This document shows positions 1 through 9,883 of a DNA stretch of 64,000 nt, piece by piece. The notes under the pieces were generated by a model. The model searched no databases. It was not told the origin of the DNA and saw nothing but the letters and a program-made list of their open reading frames with translations. The DNA is from Candidatus Latescibacterota bacterium (GTDB lineage: Bacteria; Latescibacterota; UBA2968; UBA8231): NCBI GenBank assembly GCA_965223905.1, contig CBDCXV010000011.1:1664001-1728000 (forward strand). The letters run 5' to 3'. The first letter of the stretch is position 1. Each line of letters begins with the position of its first letter. A program made the position numbers and the translations under genes.

Positions 1-1
1 T

Positions 2-979
2 GCGGACCCGACGCGGCTCGGCGAACGTTTCAAGGAGGCAACTCTTTCCCAGGCGGGGGTTGCCGGCGTAGCCCTGCTGCAGCGCGAGTTTCCGACCAGC
101 CTCAGCACCGATCACCTCAGGCTGTCGGAGGGGGAGCGTATCACAGTGCATCATTTTGCCGTTGACCCCGACTTCTTCACGACACTCGGGATCAGCCTCC
201 TGACCGGCCGCTCTTTTGAGGCCGGACGGCTGGCAGACCGGACGGAAAGTGTCGTCGTCAACCAGAGCCTCGCGGACGCCTTGGGCTGGGGGGAAGATGC
301 CGTGGGGGAATTCCTGCCGGAGTACGGGGGGTACGGCGTAAGCGGATCGCCTGCAATCATCGGGATCGCACCGGATTTCCACTTCCGCTCCTTCAGGGAG
401 TCGATCGAGCCCGCCCTGTTCCACTATGGGCCGGAAGCGTCCTTTGAGCGAGCCCTGGTGAGGCTGAATACGCGCGAGGTTGACGACACTCTCGCGGATC
501 TGGAGCAGATCTGGGAACAGGTGGCACCCGAACAACCCTTTGAGTTCGAGTTTCTGAACCAGACATTTTCCCGTCAGTACGAGGAGGACAAGGAGATCAG
601 CCGCACTGTTACCCTTGCCTCCGTCGTCGCCATCCTCATCGCCTGCATGGGCTTGTTCGGCCACGCGACCATCGTCCTTCAGCGCCGCACCAGGGAGATC
701 GGCGTCCGCAAAGTGCTCGGTGCAACGGTGGGAGAGATCCTCTCTCTCCTGTCTCGCGACCTGACGAAAATGGTTGCCCTGGCCTGCCTGTTGGCGTTTC
801 CGCTGGCCCACTTCCTGGCAGGCCAATGGCTGTCGCAATACGCGTATCAGTTCGGCCTGGGGCTGACGACCTATCTCCTCTGCGGGACGATCGCTTTTGC
901 GATTGCACTGGGCACGGTGGCGTACGCAGGCTTCCGCGCCGCCCGTGAGAACCCCGCCAATGCGATGCGCTATGAGTAG
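2..979 (+). CDS. ABC transporter permease, MacB/FtsX family (5' partial)
   Basis: Frame is open from position 2. Contains IIGIAPDFHFRS, PFEFEFL, IACMGLFG...RRTREIGVRKVLGA and ends NPANAMRYE, typical of MacB-like permeases. Confidence 0.93.
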   Translation, partial: ADPTRLGERFKEATLSQAGVAGVALLQREFPTSLSTDHLRLSEGERITVHHFAVDPDFFTTLGISLLTGRSFEAGRLADRTESVVVNQSLADALGWGEDAVGEFLPEYGGYGVSGSPAIIGIAPDFHFRSFRESIEPALFHYGPEASFERALVRLNTREVDDTLADLEQIWEQVAPEQPFEFEFLNQTFSRQYEEDKEISRTVTLASVVAILIACMGLFGHATIVLQRRTREIGVRKVLGATVGEILSLLSRDLTKMVALACLLAFPLAHFLAGQWLSQYAYQFGLGLTTYLLCGTIAFAIALGTVAYAGFRAARENPANAMRYE

Positions 980-1037
980 TCATGGAAAACAAGGCGGTAA
1001 TCGCCAAGAATCCCCGGAAAAGGACAGGAGCATTGCC

Positions 1038-1274
1038 ATGAGCACGCTGAGCGTTCGATTGCCCGACTCACTACACAAGCGGATCAAGAAAATGGCGGAA
1101 GGGGAGGGGATTTCAATGAATCAGTTTATCACCTTGGCAGTGACGGAGAAGATGTCCGCTCTGATGACGGTCGAGTACCTGAAAAGCCGCGCCAGACGAG
1201 GTAACCGGAAAAAGTTCGAGGCTGTTCTGGAAAATGTGCCGGATGTAGAGCCGGAAGTATATGACCAGTTATAA
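1038..1274 (+). CDS. Ribbon-helix-helix (CopG/HicB-like) antitoxin, 78 aa
   Basis: ATG at 1038 follows AGGAG. MSTLSVRLPDSLHKRIKKMAEGEGISMNQFITLAVTEK is an RHH signature; C-terminus VPDVEPEVYDQL. Confidence 0.88.
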   Translation: MSTLSVRLPDSLHKRIKKMAEGEGISMNQFITLAVTEKMSALMTVEYLKSRARRGNRKKFEAVLENVPDVEPEVYDQL

Positions 1275-2110
1275 TGGAGCCTGACCTGCGGGTTATCCTC
1301 ATCATGCCGAATCCCGAAACGAATGCCGACAATCTGCCGCAGATCCCGCTTACGGAAGAACAACGCTTTCTCTTCGATACCCGGGGGTGGCTTCTGATCC
1401 CCGGCGTTCTAAACGAATCGGAGATTCAGGAGATGCGGGAGTTCTGCTACCGGCTAAAACGGGAACCGCGTTCGATTCCCGAGCACCACCGCTATTCCAT
1501 CGGAGGCCCCCTGGAGAGCCTGACCGATCATCCGGCGGTTCTCGGATTCATGAACGAGTTCCTCGCTTCCGGCTACGCCAACGAGAACTGCTATGGATTC
1601 CGGCAGGAAAGCACGTTTGTGACCATCCGCGCGAACGGGCACGACAACTTCCGGCCGCACGGCGGGCACGGGATGCTGAACTTCCCCGGCAACTCCCATA
1701 CCTATCACCTGCACCACGACAAGGCCCACAGCGGTTTGACGCGCGTCGTCTGGGAGCTGAATCCGGTTCGGAAAGGCTGCGGCGGAACCATGTTCCTCAC
1801 CGGCAGCCACAAGGGGGCGTTTCCGGCTCCGCAGTCGACCGCGGATCCCGACTCCCCGTTGTGGGAGGATTACAACTGTCCCGCCGGCTCCCTGCTGTTC
1901 TTCACCGAGGCGATCACACATACCGGGGCCAGGTGGACGGAGGAGAGCGTCGACCGGGTGGCGATCTTCAACTGCTACAACACCGTCGGCAACAAGTGGC
2001 ACAGCTGGGAACCCCATCCGAAACACCTGGACGAGATGCCGTTCCAGCGGCAGACCCTCTTCCGGCCGGTCCACTGTGACAACAACACCCCGACGTTGGA
2101 TACTGCTTAG
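1274..2110 (+). CDS. Phytanoyl-CoA dioxygenase (PhyH) family Fe(II)/2-oxoglutarate enzyme
   Basis: LTEEQRFLFDTRGWL, GGTMFLTGSHK, PAGSLLFFTEAITHTG and the R of DRVAIF. True start may be ATG 1304. Confidence 0.88.
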   Translation: MEPDLRVILIMPNPETNADNLPQIPLTEEQRFLFDTRGWLLIPGVLNESEIQEMREFCYRLKREPRSIPEHHRYSIGGPLESLTDHPAVLGFMNEFLASGYANENCYGFRQESTFVTIRANGHDNFRPHGGHGMLNFPGNSHTYHLHHDKAHSGLTRVVWELNPVRKGCGGTMFLTGSHKGAFPAPQSTADPDSPLWEDYNCPAGSLLFFTEAITHTGARWTEESVDRVAIFNCYNTVGNKWHSWEPHPKHLDEMPFQRQTLFRPVHCDNNTPTLDTA

Positions 2111-2177
2111 GGATTTTGGGCCGCTTTGATTGGCTCGGTGGCATTGGACCGCGAAGAGCAGGAATCGAGTCCTTTGC

Positions 2178-4496
2178 TCACTCTGGATCCCCCTTCCCTG
2201 CCTCCCCGGTTAGTGCCTCGCCCCGCCGGCGCAGCGGGCCGTCCCCGATCACTTCCCGGGCAGCGGGAAACCCCTGGCGATCGCAGCGCATCACCGCGGC
2301 GATGCCGTCGAAGGAGAGATCTCCGAGCTCGTGCGTTCCCTCGAAGGCCGCCGAACAGCAGAGATCTTCCCCGGCGCCGTCCGGTAAGCGCACCCGCAGC
2401 CAGCCGCTGCCGGGCTCCCCTGCGGCCGACACCCGGGGCAGGCGGGAATCCCCGGGGCGCTGCGGCCACAGGACCGTCTGAAAGCAGACCGGGGGCGCGC
2501 CGCGCTGCCGGTAGACGACGCAGGGCGCCGGCACCGGTTGCGGCTGGTCGCCGCAGTACCAGCCCTGCATCGCAGGCTCGGAGCGTCCCTCGACCACCTC
2601 CACCTCGACGCCGTCGGTTGCCGCGGGGAGAATGGCGATGTTCGCCATCCCTTCGCTGGCGGTGCGAACCACGCCGCTCGCCGGGTCCGTGGCCACAGGC
2701 GTCGGGACGAAGTGGAACAGCTGTTCGTAGATATGCTCGCCGCTGCCGGTCAGACGGTCGGTGATCACCCAGTACTCGCAGTCCCCCGGCTCCTTCCCCT
2801 TCACGTAGATGACGCTGCGATGGTGGGCGACCGAGGTGTCGATCGGGCCCTCGTACTTCTCCGGCTCGAATACCGACGACATCGGCTCCCCGAACTGGCC
2901 CGCACCCCACCCGTGGTCGTACTCCCCCTCGAGATAGTCGCAGACCCCGGTGCTCACCCAGGTGTTTCCGAGGGGCTCCTCAACCGTTTTCGGGCCGGTG
3001 ACCAGCCGCATCTGGCTGGCGCCGTCGACGATCACGGTGTTGTGGCCGGGGGTGTTGCCGAACAGGTCGTAGTAGGGGATTTCCGCGGCCTCGCGGGAGT
3101 AGCTGTGGATGCCGAGGTCCTCTATCAGCGAGCGCCCGTACGCGACCACCTCGACCGCGAGCTTGCCCTCGTGGGCGTGCACCTCTCCGAGGGGACCGAC
3201 GTCGAACATCAGGTAGCTGGCCTGCTTCCCCCAGCCACTCCGCATCACCGCCAGACCCTGCCAGGCATACCAGGAGGAGGTGTGGTCCGGAGGAGTGCCG
3301 CGCTCGCCGCTGCTGACGGCGTACTCGAGATCGCCGCGGTCCCGGGGGCCGGCGATGCGGCTGACGTAGTCGCGCGGGGAGCGCCGCTGGCTGTCCCCGG
3401 TCCAGGGGCAGGTGCCGTCCGGCTTGGCGCAGTCGGCGAGGAACTCTGCCCGCTTCAACATCGCCTCCTCCACCTCCCCGGGGTAGGGCCAGCCGTTGTT
3501 CCGCGCCATGTCGACCGCCTCGATCGCCGACATCGAGGCGCCGATGATGTAGCCGAACGAGTTCTCCTTGGAGGTCCCGTCCGGGTAGAAAGCGCCTTCA
3601 CCGAAATAGCCGCCGATCTGCTCCCACCCGAGGGCGCGCCAGTGCCCGGCCCGGCGGAACTCCGGCATGCCGACGCCGAGCCAGAGGATGCCGAGGCCGT
3701 TGTAGAGAAGCTGGTTCCCCGGGGCGGACCCGACTCCCTCCATCGACTCGGCGCAGGTCGTGGCCAGCCAGTAGCGCAGCCGGCACAGGTCCCGCGGCGG
3801 CAGCCCCTCCCAGGACAGGATGAAGGGAATCAGCTGCTGGTAGCAGCGGGCCAGCTGCATGTCGGGAAGCCAGATCCAGTCGCTGCGGCCGCCGACGTAG
3901 TCGAAGTAGTGGTTGAGGATCCTGACCAGCTTGGCGATGTAGGGCTCTTCTGCGGTGGCCCAGTACGCCTGCCCCAGGGCGAAAAGGAAGTATTGATACT
4001 GCAGGCTGAGGGTCCAGCGCCTTCCCAGCCCGTCGCCCGGGGGGACGTGCTCCCAGTTCCACTCCGGCCCGAGATCCTGGACCCCGTCCTCCGGGTGGTA
4101 GACCAGCATCACCTTGTTGGCGAGCAGCAGGTCGGCCAGCTCGACGACGTTGTAGGGGGAAGGGCGGATTCCCTCCAGGAGGTGGGACGTATACCCCTTG
4201 TCGAGGCTGACCAGCTCGCCGCCTCGCTCCCTGTCCCTCCAGGTCAGCTGCCGCGGGGTTTCGGTGAGGAAGTCGAACGCCGCTCGCCGCTCTTGCGGGC
4301 TCCCGCCGCTGTCTATCCAGGGAAGGACCGGGGCCTCGCGCCGGCGCTGGTAGGACAGGTACGCGCTTTCCGCGGCCTCGCCGTCCCCGGCCGCCATGGC
4401 CGCGGCCATCTCCTCCAGGCCGGGATCCGCGGGGTCGAGGAGGCTCCACAGGGCCGCGGGGGAATAGCCGCGGCTCGCGGGCGGTTCCGCGGTCAT
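2178..4496 (-). CDS. Heparinase II/III family protein (polysaccharide lyase-like)
   Basis: YPDG..KENSFGY, GLAVMRSGW, FDVGPLGEVHAHEGKL, HNTVIVDGASQ, YWVITDRL, EQLFHF. Confidence 0.88.
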   Translation of the reverse strand: MTAEPPASRGYSPAALWSLLDPADPGLEEMAAAMAAGDGEAAESAYLSYQRRREAPVLPWIDSGGSPQERRAAFDFLTETPRQLTWRDRERGGELVSLDKGYTSHLLEGIRPSPYNVVELADLLLANKVMLVYHPEDGVQDLGPEWNWEHVPPGDGLGRRWTLSLQYQYFLFALGQAYWATAEEPYIAKLVRILNHYFDYVGGRSDWIWLPDMQLARCYQQLIPFILSWEGLPPRDLCRLRYWLATTCAESMEGVGSAPGNQLLYNGLGILWLGVGMPEFRRAGHWRALGWEQIGGYFGEGAFYPDGTSKENSFGYIIGASMSAIEAVDMARNNGWPYPGEVEEAMLKRAEFLADCAKPDGTCPWTGDSQRRSPRDYVSRIAGPRDRGDLEYAVSSGERGTPPDHTSSWYAWQGLAVMRSGWGKQASYLMFDVGPLGEVHAHEGKLAVEVVAYGRSLIEDLGIHSYSREAAEIPYYDLFGNTPGHNTVIVDGASQMRLVTGPKTVEEPLGNTWVSTGVCDYLEGEYDHGWGAGQFGEPMSSVFEPEKYEGPIDTSVAHHRSVIYVKGKEPGDCEYWVITDRLTGSGEHIYEQLFHFVPTPVATDPASGVVRTASEGMANIAILPAATDGVEVEVVEGRSEPAMQGWYCGDQPQPVPAPCVVYRQRGAPPVCFQTVLWPQRPGDSRLPRVSAAGEPGSGWLRVRLPDGAGEDLCCSAAFEGTHELGDLSFDGIAAVMRCDRQGFPAAREVIGDGPLRRRGEALTGEAGKGDPE

Positions 4497-4700
4497 GTCA
4501 CGGGACCGCGGCCCCTACCTGGCACCGCGGTGCTGCTCTGCGCGGGGAGCGGCAGTCGGGTGAAACGGGCGGCATGCCGCCGGGGGAAGGCGGTAGCAGT
4601 GAATGCCCCGGAAGGGCACGGTCAACCCGAGAGAATTCGTGCTCCTGGCGATGAAGTAAAGCGGCGTGTCGAAGTCGGGGATCTCCGGCAAGGATCACAA

Positions 4701-4850
4701 TGGACCTGGATTATCCGGGCTTTTTTCAGACGTGGGAAAGGGCGGTGGCGAACCCGGGATTCCCCCAGGTTGTTTCGCGGTGGACCTGGACAATTCGCGT
4801 TCCTTGCCGCCGCAGGAAGGGCTGCGGTGGTGAACCCGGAATCCGGGAAG
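4701..4850. repeat. Degenerate tandem repeat, ~80 bp period, two copies
   Basis: TGGACCTGGA at 4701 and 4781; GCGGTGG[C/T]GAACCCGG at 4742 and 4824. Confidence 0.6.
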
Positions 4851-4872
4851 GCCGCAACCCCGGAGGGAATCC

Positions 4873-5526
4873 TCAAGGGGATTCCCCGGCGACGGCGTCG
4901 ATGGCGCGCTCGATTTCATCGAGGCCCTCGACGCTGACCCCGTCGAAGTAGCCGCGGATCCGGCGCTGGGGGTCGACGAGGACCATCCGGGGGCTGTGAA
5001 ACAGCGGCTGCGCCTGCGACTCCGGGGGAGACTCGCCGACCCCGAGCTTGAAGCCGGCCTTGCTGAGGTCCCAGATCTCCTCGCGGCCCCCGGTGAGGAA
5101 ACGCCACCTGTCCGGGTCGGCGCCGTACTCCTCTCCGTACCGGCGCAGCACTTCCGGGGTATCGAAACCGGGGTCGACGCTGAAGCTGACCAGGGTGATC
5201 TCCTGCAGCAGGTTCTTCGCCTTCAGCCGTTCCTGCAGCTGCGCCATCGTCGCGGTCTGCAGCGGGCAGGTCGCGGCGCAGCGGGTGAAGATGAAGTTGG
5301 CGACCCAGAGGCCGGAGTCGAGCCGGGCGCTGCCGAACGGGGAAGCGGTATGGTCGGTGAGCGCGAAGTCGGGAACCTTGCCCAGCACCGGAAGGGCCGG
5401 GTCCTCCGCTTTCCCCTGCAGCTCGCGGCCCGCCTGCCCCCCGTCCCCGCAGGCGCAGACCACGAGGGGGATGGCGGCGAAAGCGAGCCGTTTGGCTGTC
5501 AGCTTCAAGAAGGTCCCCGCAGCCAT
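4873..5526 (-). CDS. SCO1/SenC family copper chaperone lipoprotein
   Basis: Start reassigned to ATG 5526 (MAAGTF). Lipobox VCAC; FIFTRCAATCP (CxxxC), SFSVDPGFDT, WRFLTG and HSPRMVLVD. Confidence 0.92.
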   Translation of the reverse strand: MAAGTFLKLTAKRLAFAAIPLVVCACGDGGQAGRELQGKAEDPALPVLGKVPDFALTDHTASPFGSARLDSGLWVANFIFTRCAATCPLQTATMAQLQERLKAKNLLQEITLVSFSVDPGFDTPEVLRRYGEEYGADPDRWRFLTGGREEIWDLSKAGFKLGVGESPPESQAQPLFHSPRMVLVDPQRRIRGYFDGVSVEGLDEIERAIDAVAGESP

Positions 5527-6629
5527 CTGGCCCGCGATCTCCTGGCGTGAACGTACTGGAAATCGAATCGAGGATCGCGGAAGTACCCGCCCGTTCCGAG
5601 GGCGCGCGGGTACTTCTCGATCGCCTCGTCGACGAGGTCGACGCCCAGCCCCGGTCCGTCGGGAGGGGTCATGTACCCGTCGACCACCTGAGGTTGCGGC
5701 GCCATCACCTCGTAGCGCGCCGGGATGTCGCCGGTGCGGTGCTCCCATATCAGGAAGTTCGGGATCGCCGCGCACAGATGCAGGGAAGCGATCTCCCCTA
5801 CCGGCCCGAGCGAGCCGTCGTGAGGGGCGACCTGAATGTAGTGGGCCTCCGCCATGCCGGCGACCTTCTTCATCTGCGCCAGCCCCCCGAAACGGCCGGC
5901 GTCCGGCTGGATGACGTCGACGATCTCGCGCTCGATCAGCTCGCGCGCCCCGTAGATGTAGGCGAGCCTCTCGCCGGCGGCGAGCGGGATGTCGATCGCC
6001 TCCGACACCCGCGCCATGGCCTCGACGTTTTCCGGGGCGACCGGCTCCTCGTAGAAGAAGAGGCCGTACTCCTCGAGGGCCCGGGCCATCGAGATCGCGT
6101 CGCGCGGCGTCATCCAGGGCATGCCGTGGAGGTCGACCATCAGGTCGATCTCGTCCCCCACCGCGGCGCGGATCTCGGCGACCTGGCGCACGCAGTTCTC
6201 GATGTCCCCCATCTTGAGCCCGGTGTACCCCTGGTCGACGAGCTGGCGCGCCTGTTCGGCGCTGTCGCAGTGGGTGTACACCCGCAGCCTGTCGTGCATC
6301 TTCCCCCCCAGCAGGTTCCACACCGGGGTGTCGAGGGCCTTCCCCTTGATGTCCCACAGCGCCATCTCGATCGCCGACATCGCCGCGGCCCCGGTGACGC
6401 CCGTCATCCCGTGGGTCTGCAGAAACATCCGGCTCCACAGGCGCTCGATGGCGAAGGGGTCCTCCCCGATCACCGCCGCGGCCTTGAGTTGGATCTCCGC
6501 TTCGACGCTCGGCCAGCCGACCGCCTCTCCGACGCCGTGGATCCCGGCGTCGGTGTACACCCGGCAGAACAGGAAGGCCCCCCTGCCCTCCTGCCCCGCG
6601 GTGCAGGTCTTGACCTCGGTAATCTTCAT
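5505..6629 (-). CDS. Mandelate racemase/muconate lactonizing family enzyme (galactonate dehydratase-like)
   Basis: SAIEMALWDIKGK, metal ligands in MVDLHG, YEEP and AGER; QPD; PDGPGLGV. Confidence 0.92.
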   Translation of the reverse strand: MKITEVKTCTAGQEGRGAFLFCRVYTDAGIHGVGEAVGWPSVEAEIQLKAAAVIGEDPFAIERLWSRMFLQTHGMTGVTGAAAMSAIEMALWDIKGKALDTPVWNLLGGKMHDRLRVYTHCDSAEQARQLVDQGYTGLKMGDIENCVRQVAEIRAAVGDEIDLMVDLHGMPWMTPRDAISMARALEEYGLFFYEEPVAPENVEAMARVSEAIDIPLAAGERLAYIYGARELIEREIVDVIQPDAGRFGGLAQMKKVAGMAEAHYIQVAPHDGSLGPVGEIASLHLCAAIPNFLIWEHRTGDIPARYEVMAPQPQVVDGYMTPPDGPGLGVDLVDEAIEKYPRALGTGGYFRDPRFDFQYVHARRSRARWLRGPS

Positions 6630-9600
6630 TGTGTGGTCCCTCCCCCGGCGGCCTCCGCCAGTTTACGGTAGGCAGCCATCTCTTTTTCCGCATCGAAGGC
6701 GCGGTTTCGCCGCGAGGAGAGCCGCGCCAGGATCAGGCGGGAAGCCTCGTGGCTGGAATCCAGACGGATCGCCTGCGCCAAGGCTTCGGCAGCGCGCTCC
6801 ACCTCCCCGGACAGGAGGTAGGCGATGCCGAGGTTGTGGTACACCCGCGCATTCGTCGTACCGCGATCGAGGACCTGCCTGTACACCTCCACCGCTTTTT
6901 CGGTTTGATGCCGCCGCAGGTAGATATTGCCGAGATTGTTGAGAGCTTCGGCGTGATCGTTCCTGATGGAGAGACAGGCCCTGTAGGCCTGCCGGGCGGC
7001 CTCGAAACGCCCCATGCGAGAATACACCGCGCCGAGGTCGTACAACGCCTCCGAGTCGCCGGGGTTGAGAGCGATGGCGGTCTTGTATTTCGACAGTTCC
7101 TCGTCGCTTTCCTGCAGCCGCTTGAAAAAGCCGAGGGTGATCTCACCGCGCGCGGTTTCTCCCTGACCCAAGTACGCCTGGCCGAGGGTGTAGTAGGCTT
7201 CCGCGTCATCCGGGTTCTCGCGAATCGCCCTCATCAGGTGTCTTTCCGCCGCGGCCAGCTCTCCTTGTTCGAGCAACAAAGTGCCCAGTTGCGCGTTTAG
7301 ATCGGCATTGGTCGAGTCCGATTCCAAACCTTTCCGAAGCGCAGCCCGGGCGGCATCGGTACGCCCTGTCCGGAGAAGCACCCGTGCCATCAGTACATGC
7401 AGCTCGTCGTGATCGGATTCGAGAGCTTCGACCTGCCGCAATTGATCCAGGGCCTCGTCGTACCGGGCCTGGATGTAAAGAATGTGAACGAGCCGCATCC
7501 TCAGCTCTGCATTCCCGGGCAGGGCTCGTGCACCTCGCTCGAGAGCCTCGATGGCCGGGCGAAAATCCGTGCGGCGCGCGTGGGTGCCCGCCAGGTTGTA
7601 ATAGGCGAGCTCGTGCCGCGGGTCACGAGCCAGGGCCTGTTCGTAATGCTCGACGGCGCGTCCGAGCTGCTCGCGTCGGACCGCCAGGTTGCCCAGCAAG
7701 TAATGCGGTTCCGCGTTGCCGGGATCGAGCCGCAGGGAATGCTCGAGATGGCGCACGGCCTGGGCGAACGCCCCCCTGCAGCTGGAAACCTTTCCCAGAC
7801 CGATATAGGCGGCTGCGGGCTCGGGCTCCAGCGCCAGCGCCTTCCGATAGTGGGCTTCGGCTTCCGCCTGCCGGCGGACCTGCAGCAGTGCGCCGGCAAG
7901 CTCCAGGTGCGCCCTGGCGCGCCCGGGGGAAGCTTCCGCCAGCGCCTTCAGACTATCGACGTCCCCCGGCACCGCCGCCCGGTGTCGCCGCAGCGACGCG
8001 GGCAAAACCATTGGCGCCCGCTCCCACAGCATCTCGAGAGCGGCCGTGCTCTCGGGGAACTTCCGTGTCGGCCGGCTTTCGCCCCCCCTCTGCGGCGATA
8101 CTGCCTTCAGGGGCCCGGCAGGCTCGATCACCTCGAGAACCTGGTTCGCCGCCACCGAGGATATCTCCTGCCGTATCCCCGACGGCCAGCGGATGGCAAC
8201 ATGGTCGACGCTGTCGTGCTTTCCGAGGCCGAAGAACAGACGTGGATCGCTCTGAGAGAGATAGCCGCTGGCGCTCCGCGCCTCGGAGACCTGGACGCGC
8301 TCACCCGATCGCACCTCGACTCGAGAGCCGTACCCGTCGCGGTTGCTCTCCGTACCCCTCAAGCGCAGGGCGAACCACCTGTTGCCCGTCGAGGTATCGT
8401 TGCGCAGCAGCACGGCTGGCTGAGCCGTGTTGACGACGAACAGGTCGCAATCGCCGTCGTTGTCGTAGTCGGCCACGGCCGAGCCGCGGCCCACCATTTC
8501 CCTGTCGAAGAATGGTCCGGCGCTGTTCGACACGTCGGCGAACCTGCCCGTGCCGTCATTGAGAAACAGCTGGTCTCCCTGTCCATACGCCGCGGCTGCG
8601 TCGAACGCCGCGATGTTTTCGTCTATGTGACCGTTGGCGACGTACAGGTCCCGATCGCCATCGTTGTCGACGTCGAGGAAGTTCGTCCCGAAGGCGAGCC
8701 GATCGAAGCTGGCGGCCCCGATCCCGGCCCCCCTCGCAGCATCCTTGAAGCGGCCGGCACCGAGGTTTCTGTAAAGGGTGTTGCTCTCCCATTGGAAATT
8801 CGTAGCCACGAGATCGAAGAGCCCGTCTCCGTTCACGTCGGCGGCGTCCACACCCATCGTCCCCTCCGGTTTTCCGGCCTCGTTGTAGGCCACCCCCGCG
8901 GGCAAACCGATCTCGGCGAAGCCGGCCTCGCCGTCGTTGCGGTAGAGGAAATTGGGTGTCGCGTCGTTGCCCTGAAACAGGTCGGGATCTCCGTCTTCGT
9001 CGAAATCGAAGAACAGGACTCCAAGCTCCCGGCACTGGAGGTTGACCAGTCCCGCTTCCTCGGTGGCGTCGGCGAACCGGTCGCCGCCGTCGTTGCGATA
9101 CAAGAAGTCCCTTCTGCCCGGATACTCGGTGGGAGCCAGGTGGCGCCGGGGCGTGACGAGCGAGCCGTCCGCCGACAGCGAGTCCTCCTCGAACGCGTAT
9201 TCCAGGTAGTTTGCGACGTAGAGATCGAGATCGCCGTCCAGGTCGTAGTCCGCGAAAGCGCACCCCGTCGACCAGCTGTCGTCATCGGCGAGGGCGCTGC
9301 CACCGGTCACTTCGGTGAATCTCCACCCCTCCCCCCGTCCTCCGTTCCGGTACAGCCTGTTCGGCCCGAAGTTGCTCACGAACAGGTCGGCGTCGCCGTC
9401 GTTGTCGTAATCTCCAGCCGTGACGCCCATGCCGTAGCTCTCGTCCGCCACACCGGCGGTCTCCGCCGCCTCCCCGAAGGTGGCGTTGCCGGCGTTGCGG
9501 TAGAGGGCGTTGCGCGGTTGCGACTGCGATGCGTACCCCGGCAGGTCGGCGCCGTTGACAATGTAGAGATCGAGGTTCCCGTCGTTGTCGTAATCCAGGA

Positions 9601-9883
9601 ATGCAGCCCCTGAACCGATCGTCTCGACCCCGTACTTGCGCCCGGCCATGCCGCTCGTGTGAACGAAGTGTATGCCGGCGGCCCTGGTGACATCCTCGAA
9701 CCGCGGCGACGCCCCCGAATGCAGCCGGGTCCCACGGTCTCGAAAATCGCGGCCGGTTCGACCGGGAGACGAGTCTTCGCCGGATCCTCCCGGGCCTCGC
9801 GGTCCGCCAGATTCAGGTGAACATCCGAAGAGGACGAGAATGCAGGCGAGGGAAGTCCGTGACAGTCCTCGCGGCCGGCTCAC
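6626..9883 (-). CDS. FG-GAP/CRTAC1-like + ASPIC/UnbV lipoprotein fused to a long TPR array
   Basis: Lipobox LFGC; repeated DYDNDGDxD loops; SNRDGYGSRV...SGYLSQSDPRLFFGLG...WPSG; about 450 aa of TPR repeats at the C-terminus. Confidence 0.92.
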   Translation of the reverse strand: MSRPRGLSRTSLACILVLFGCSPESGGPRGPGGSGEDSSPGRTGRDFRDRGTRLHSGASPRFEDVTRAAGIHFVHTSGMAGRKYGVETIGSGAAFLDYDNDGNLDLYIVNGADLPGYASQSQPRNALYRNAGNATFGEAAETAGVADESYGMGVTAGDYDNDGDADLFVSNFGPNRLYRNGGRGEGWRFTEVTGGSALADDDSWSTGCAFADYDLDGDLDLYVANYLEYAFEEDSLSADGSLVTPRRHLAPTEYPGRRDFLYRNDGGDRFADATEEAGLVNLQCRELGVLFFDFDEDGDPDLFQGNDATPNFLYRNDGEAGFAEIGLPAGVAYNEAGKPEGTMGVDAADVNGDGLFDLVATNFQWESNTLYRNLGAGRFKDAARGAGIGAASFDRLAFGTNFLDVDNDGDRDLYVANGHIDENIAAFDAAAAYGQGDQLFLNDGTGRFADVSNSAGPFFDREMVGRGSAVADYDNDGDCDLFVVNTAQPAVLLRNDTSTGNRWFALRLRGTESNRDGYGSRVEVRSGERVQVSEARSASGYLSQSDPRLFFGLGKHDSVDHVAIRWPSGIRQEISSVAANQVLEVIEPAGPLKAVSPQRGGESRPTRKFPESTAALEMLWERAPMVLPASLRRHRAAVPGDVDSLKALAEASPGRARAHLELAGALLQVRRQAEAEAHYRKALALEPEPAAAYIGLGKVSSCRGAFAQAVRHLEHSLRLDPGNAEPHYLLGNLAVRREQLGRAVEHYEQALARDPRHELAYYNLAGTHARRTDFRPAIEALERGARALPGNAELRMRLVHILYIQARYDEALDQLRQVEALESDHDELHVLMARVLLRTGRTDAARAALRKGLESDSTNADLNAQLGTLLLEQGELAAAERHLMRAIRENPDDAEAYYTLGQAYLGQGETARGEITLGFFKRLQESDEELSKYKTAIALNPGDSEALYDLGAVYSRMGRFEAARQAYRACLSIRNDHAEALNNLGNIYLRRHQTEKAVEVYRQVLDRGTTNARVYHNLGIAYLLSGEVERAAEALAQAIRLDSSHEASRLILARLSSRRNRAFDAEKEMAAYRKLAEAAGGGTTQ

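Noticed and set aside
4701-4850. Possible mini-CRISPR array
   Set aside because: Only two degenerate units, no identical 23-47 bp repeats and no cas genes.
2538-4937. 799-aa plus-strand ORF
   Set aside because: Antisense shadow of the heparinase gene in high-GC DNA; no recognisable motifs.
5527-6693. N-terminal ~390 aa of the 606-aa ORF 4873..6693
   Set aside because: Arg/Gly-rich alternative frame over the dehydratase. The real SCO gene starts at 5526.
7397-9613. 738-aa plus-strand ORF (likewise 29865..31847, 50653..52620 and 52803..54143)
   Set aside because: Antisense shadows of FG-GAP genes. The recurring VAVVVV strings are reverse complements of DxDxDG codons.
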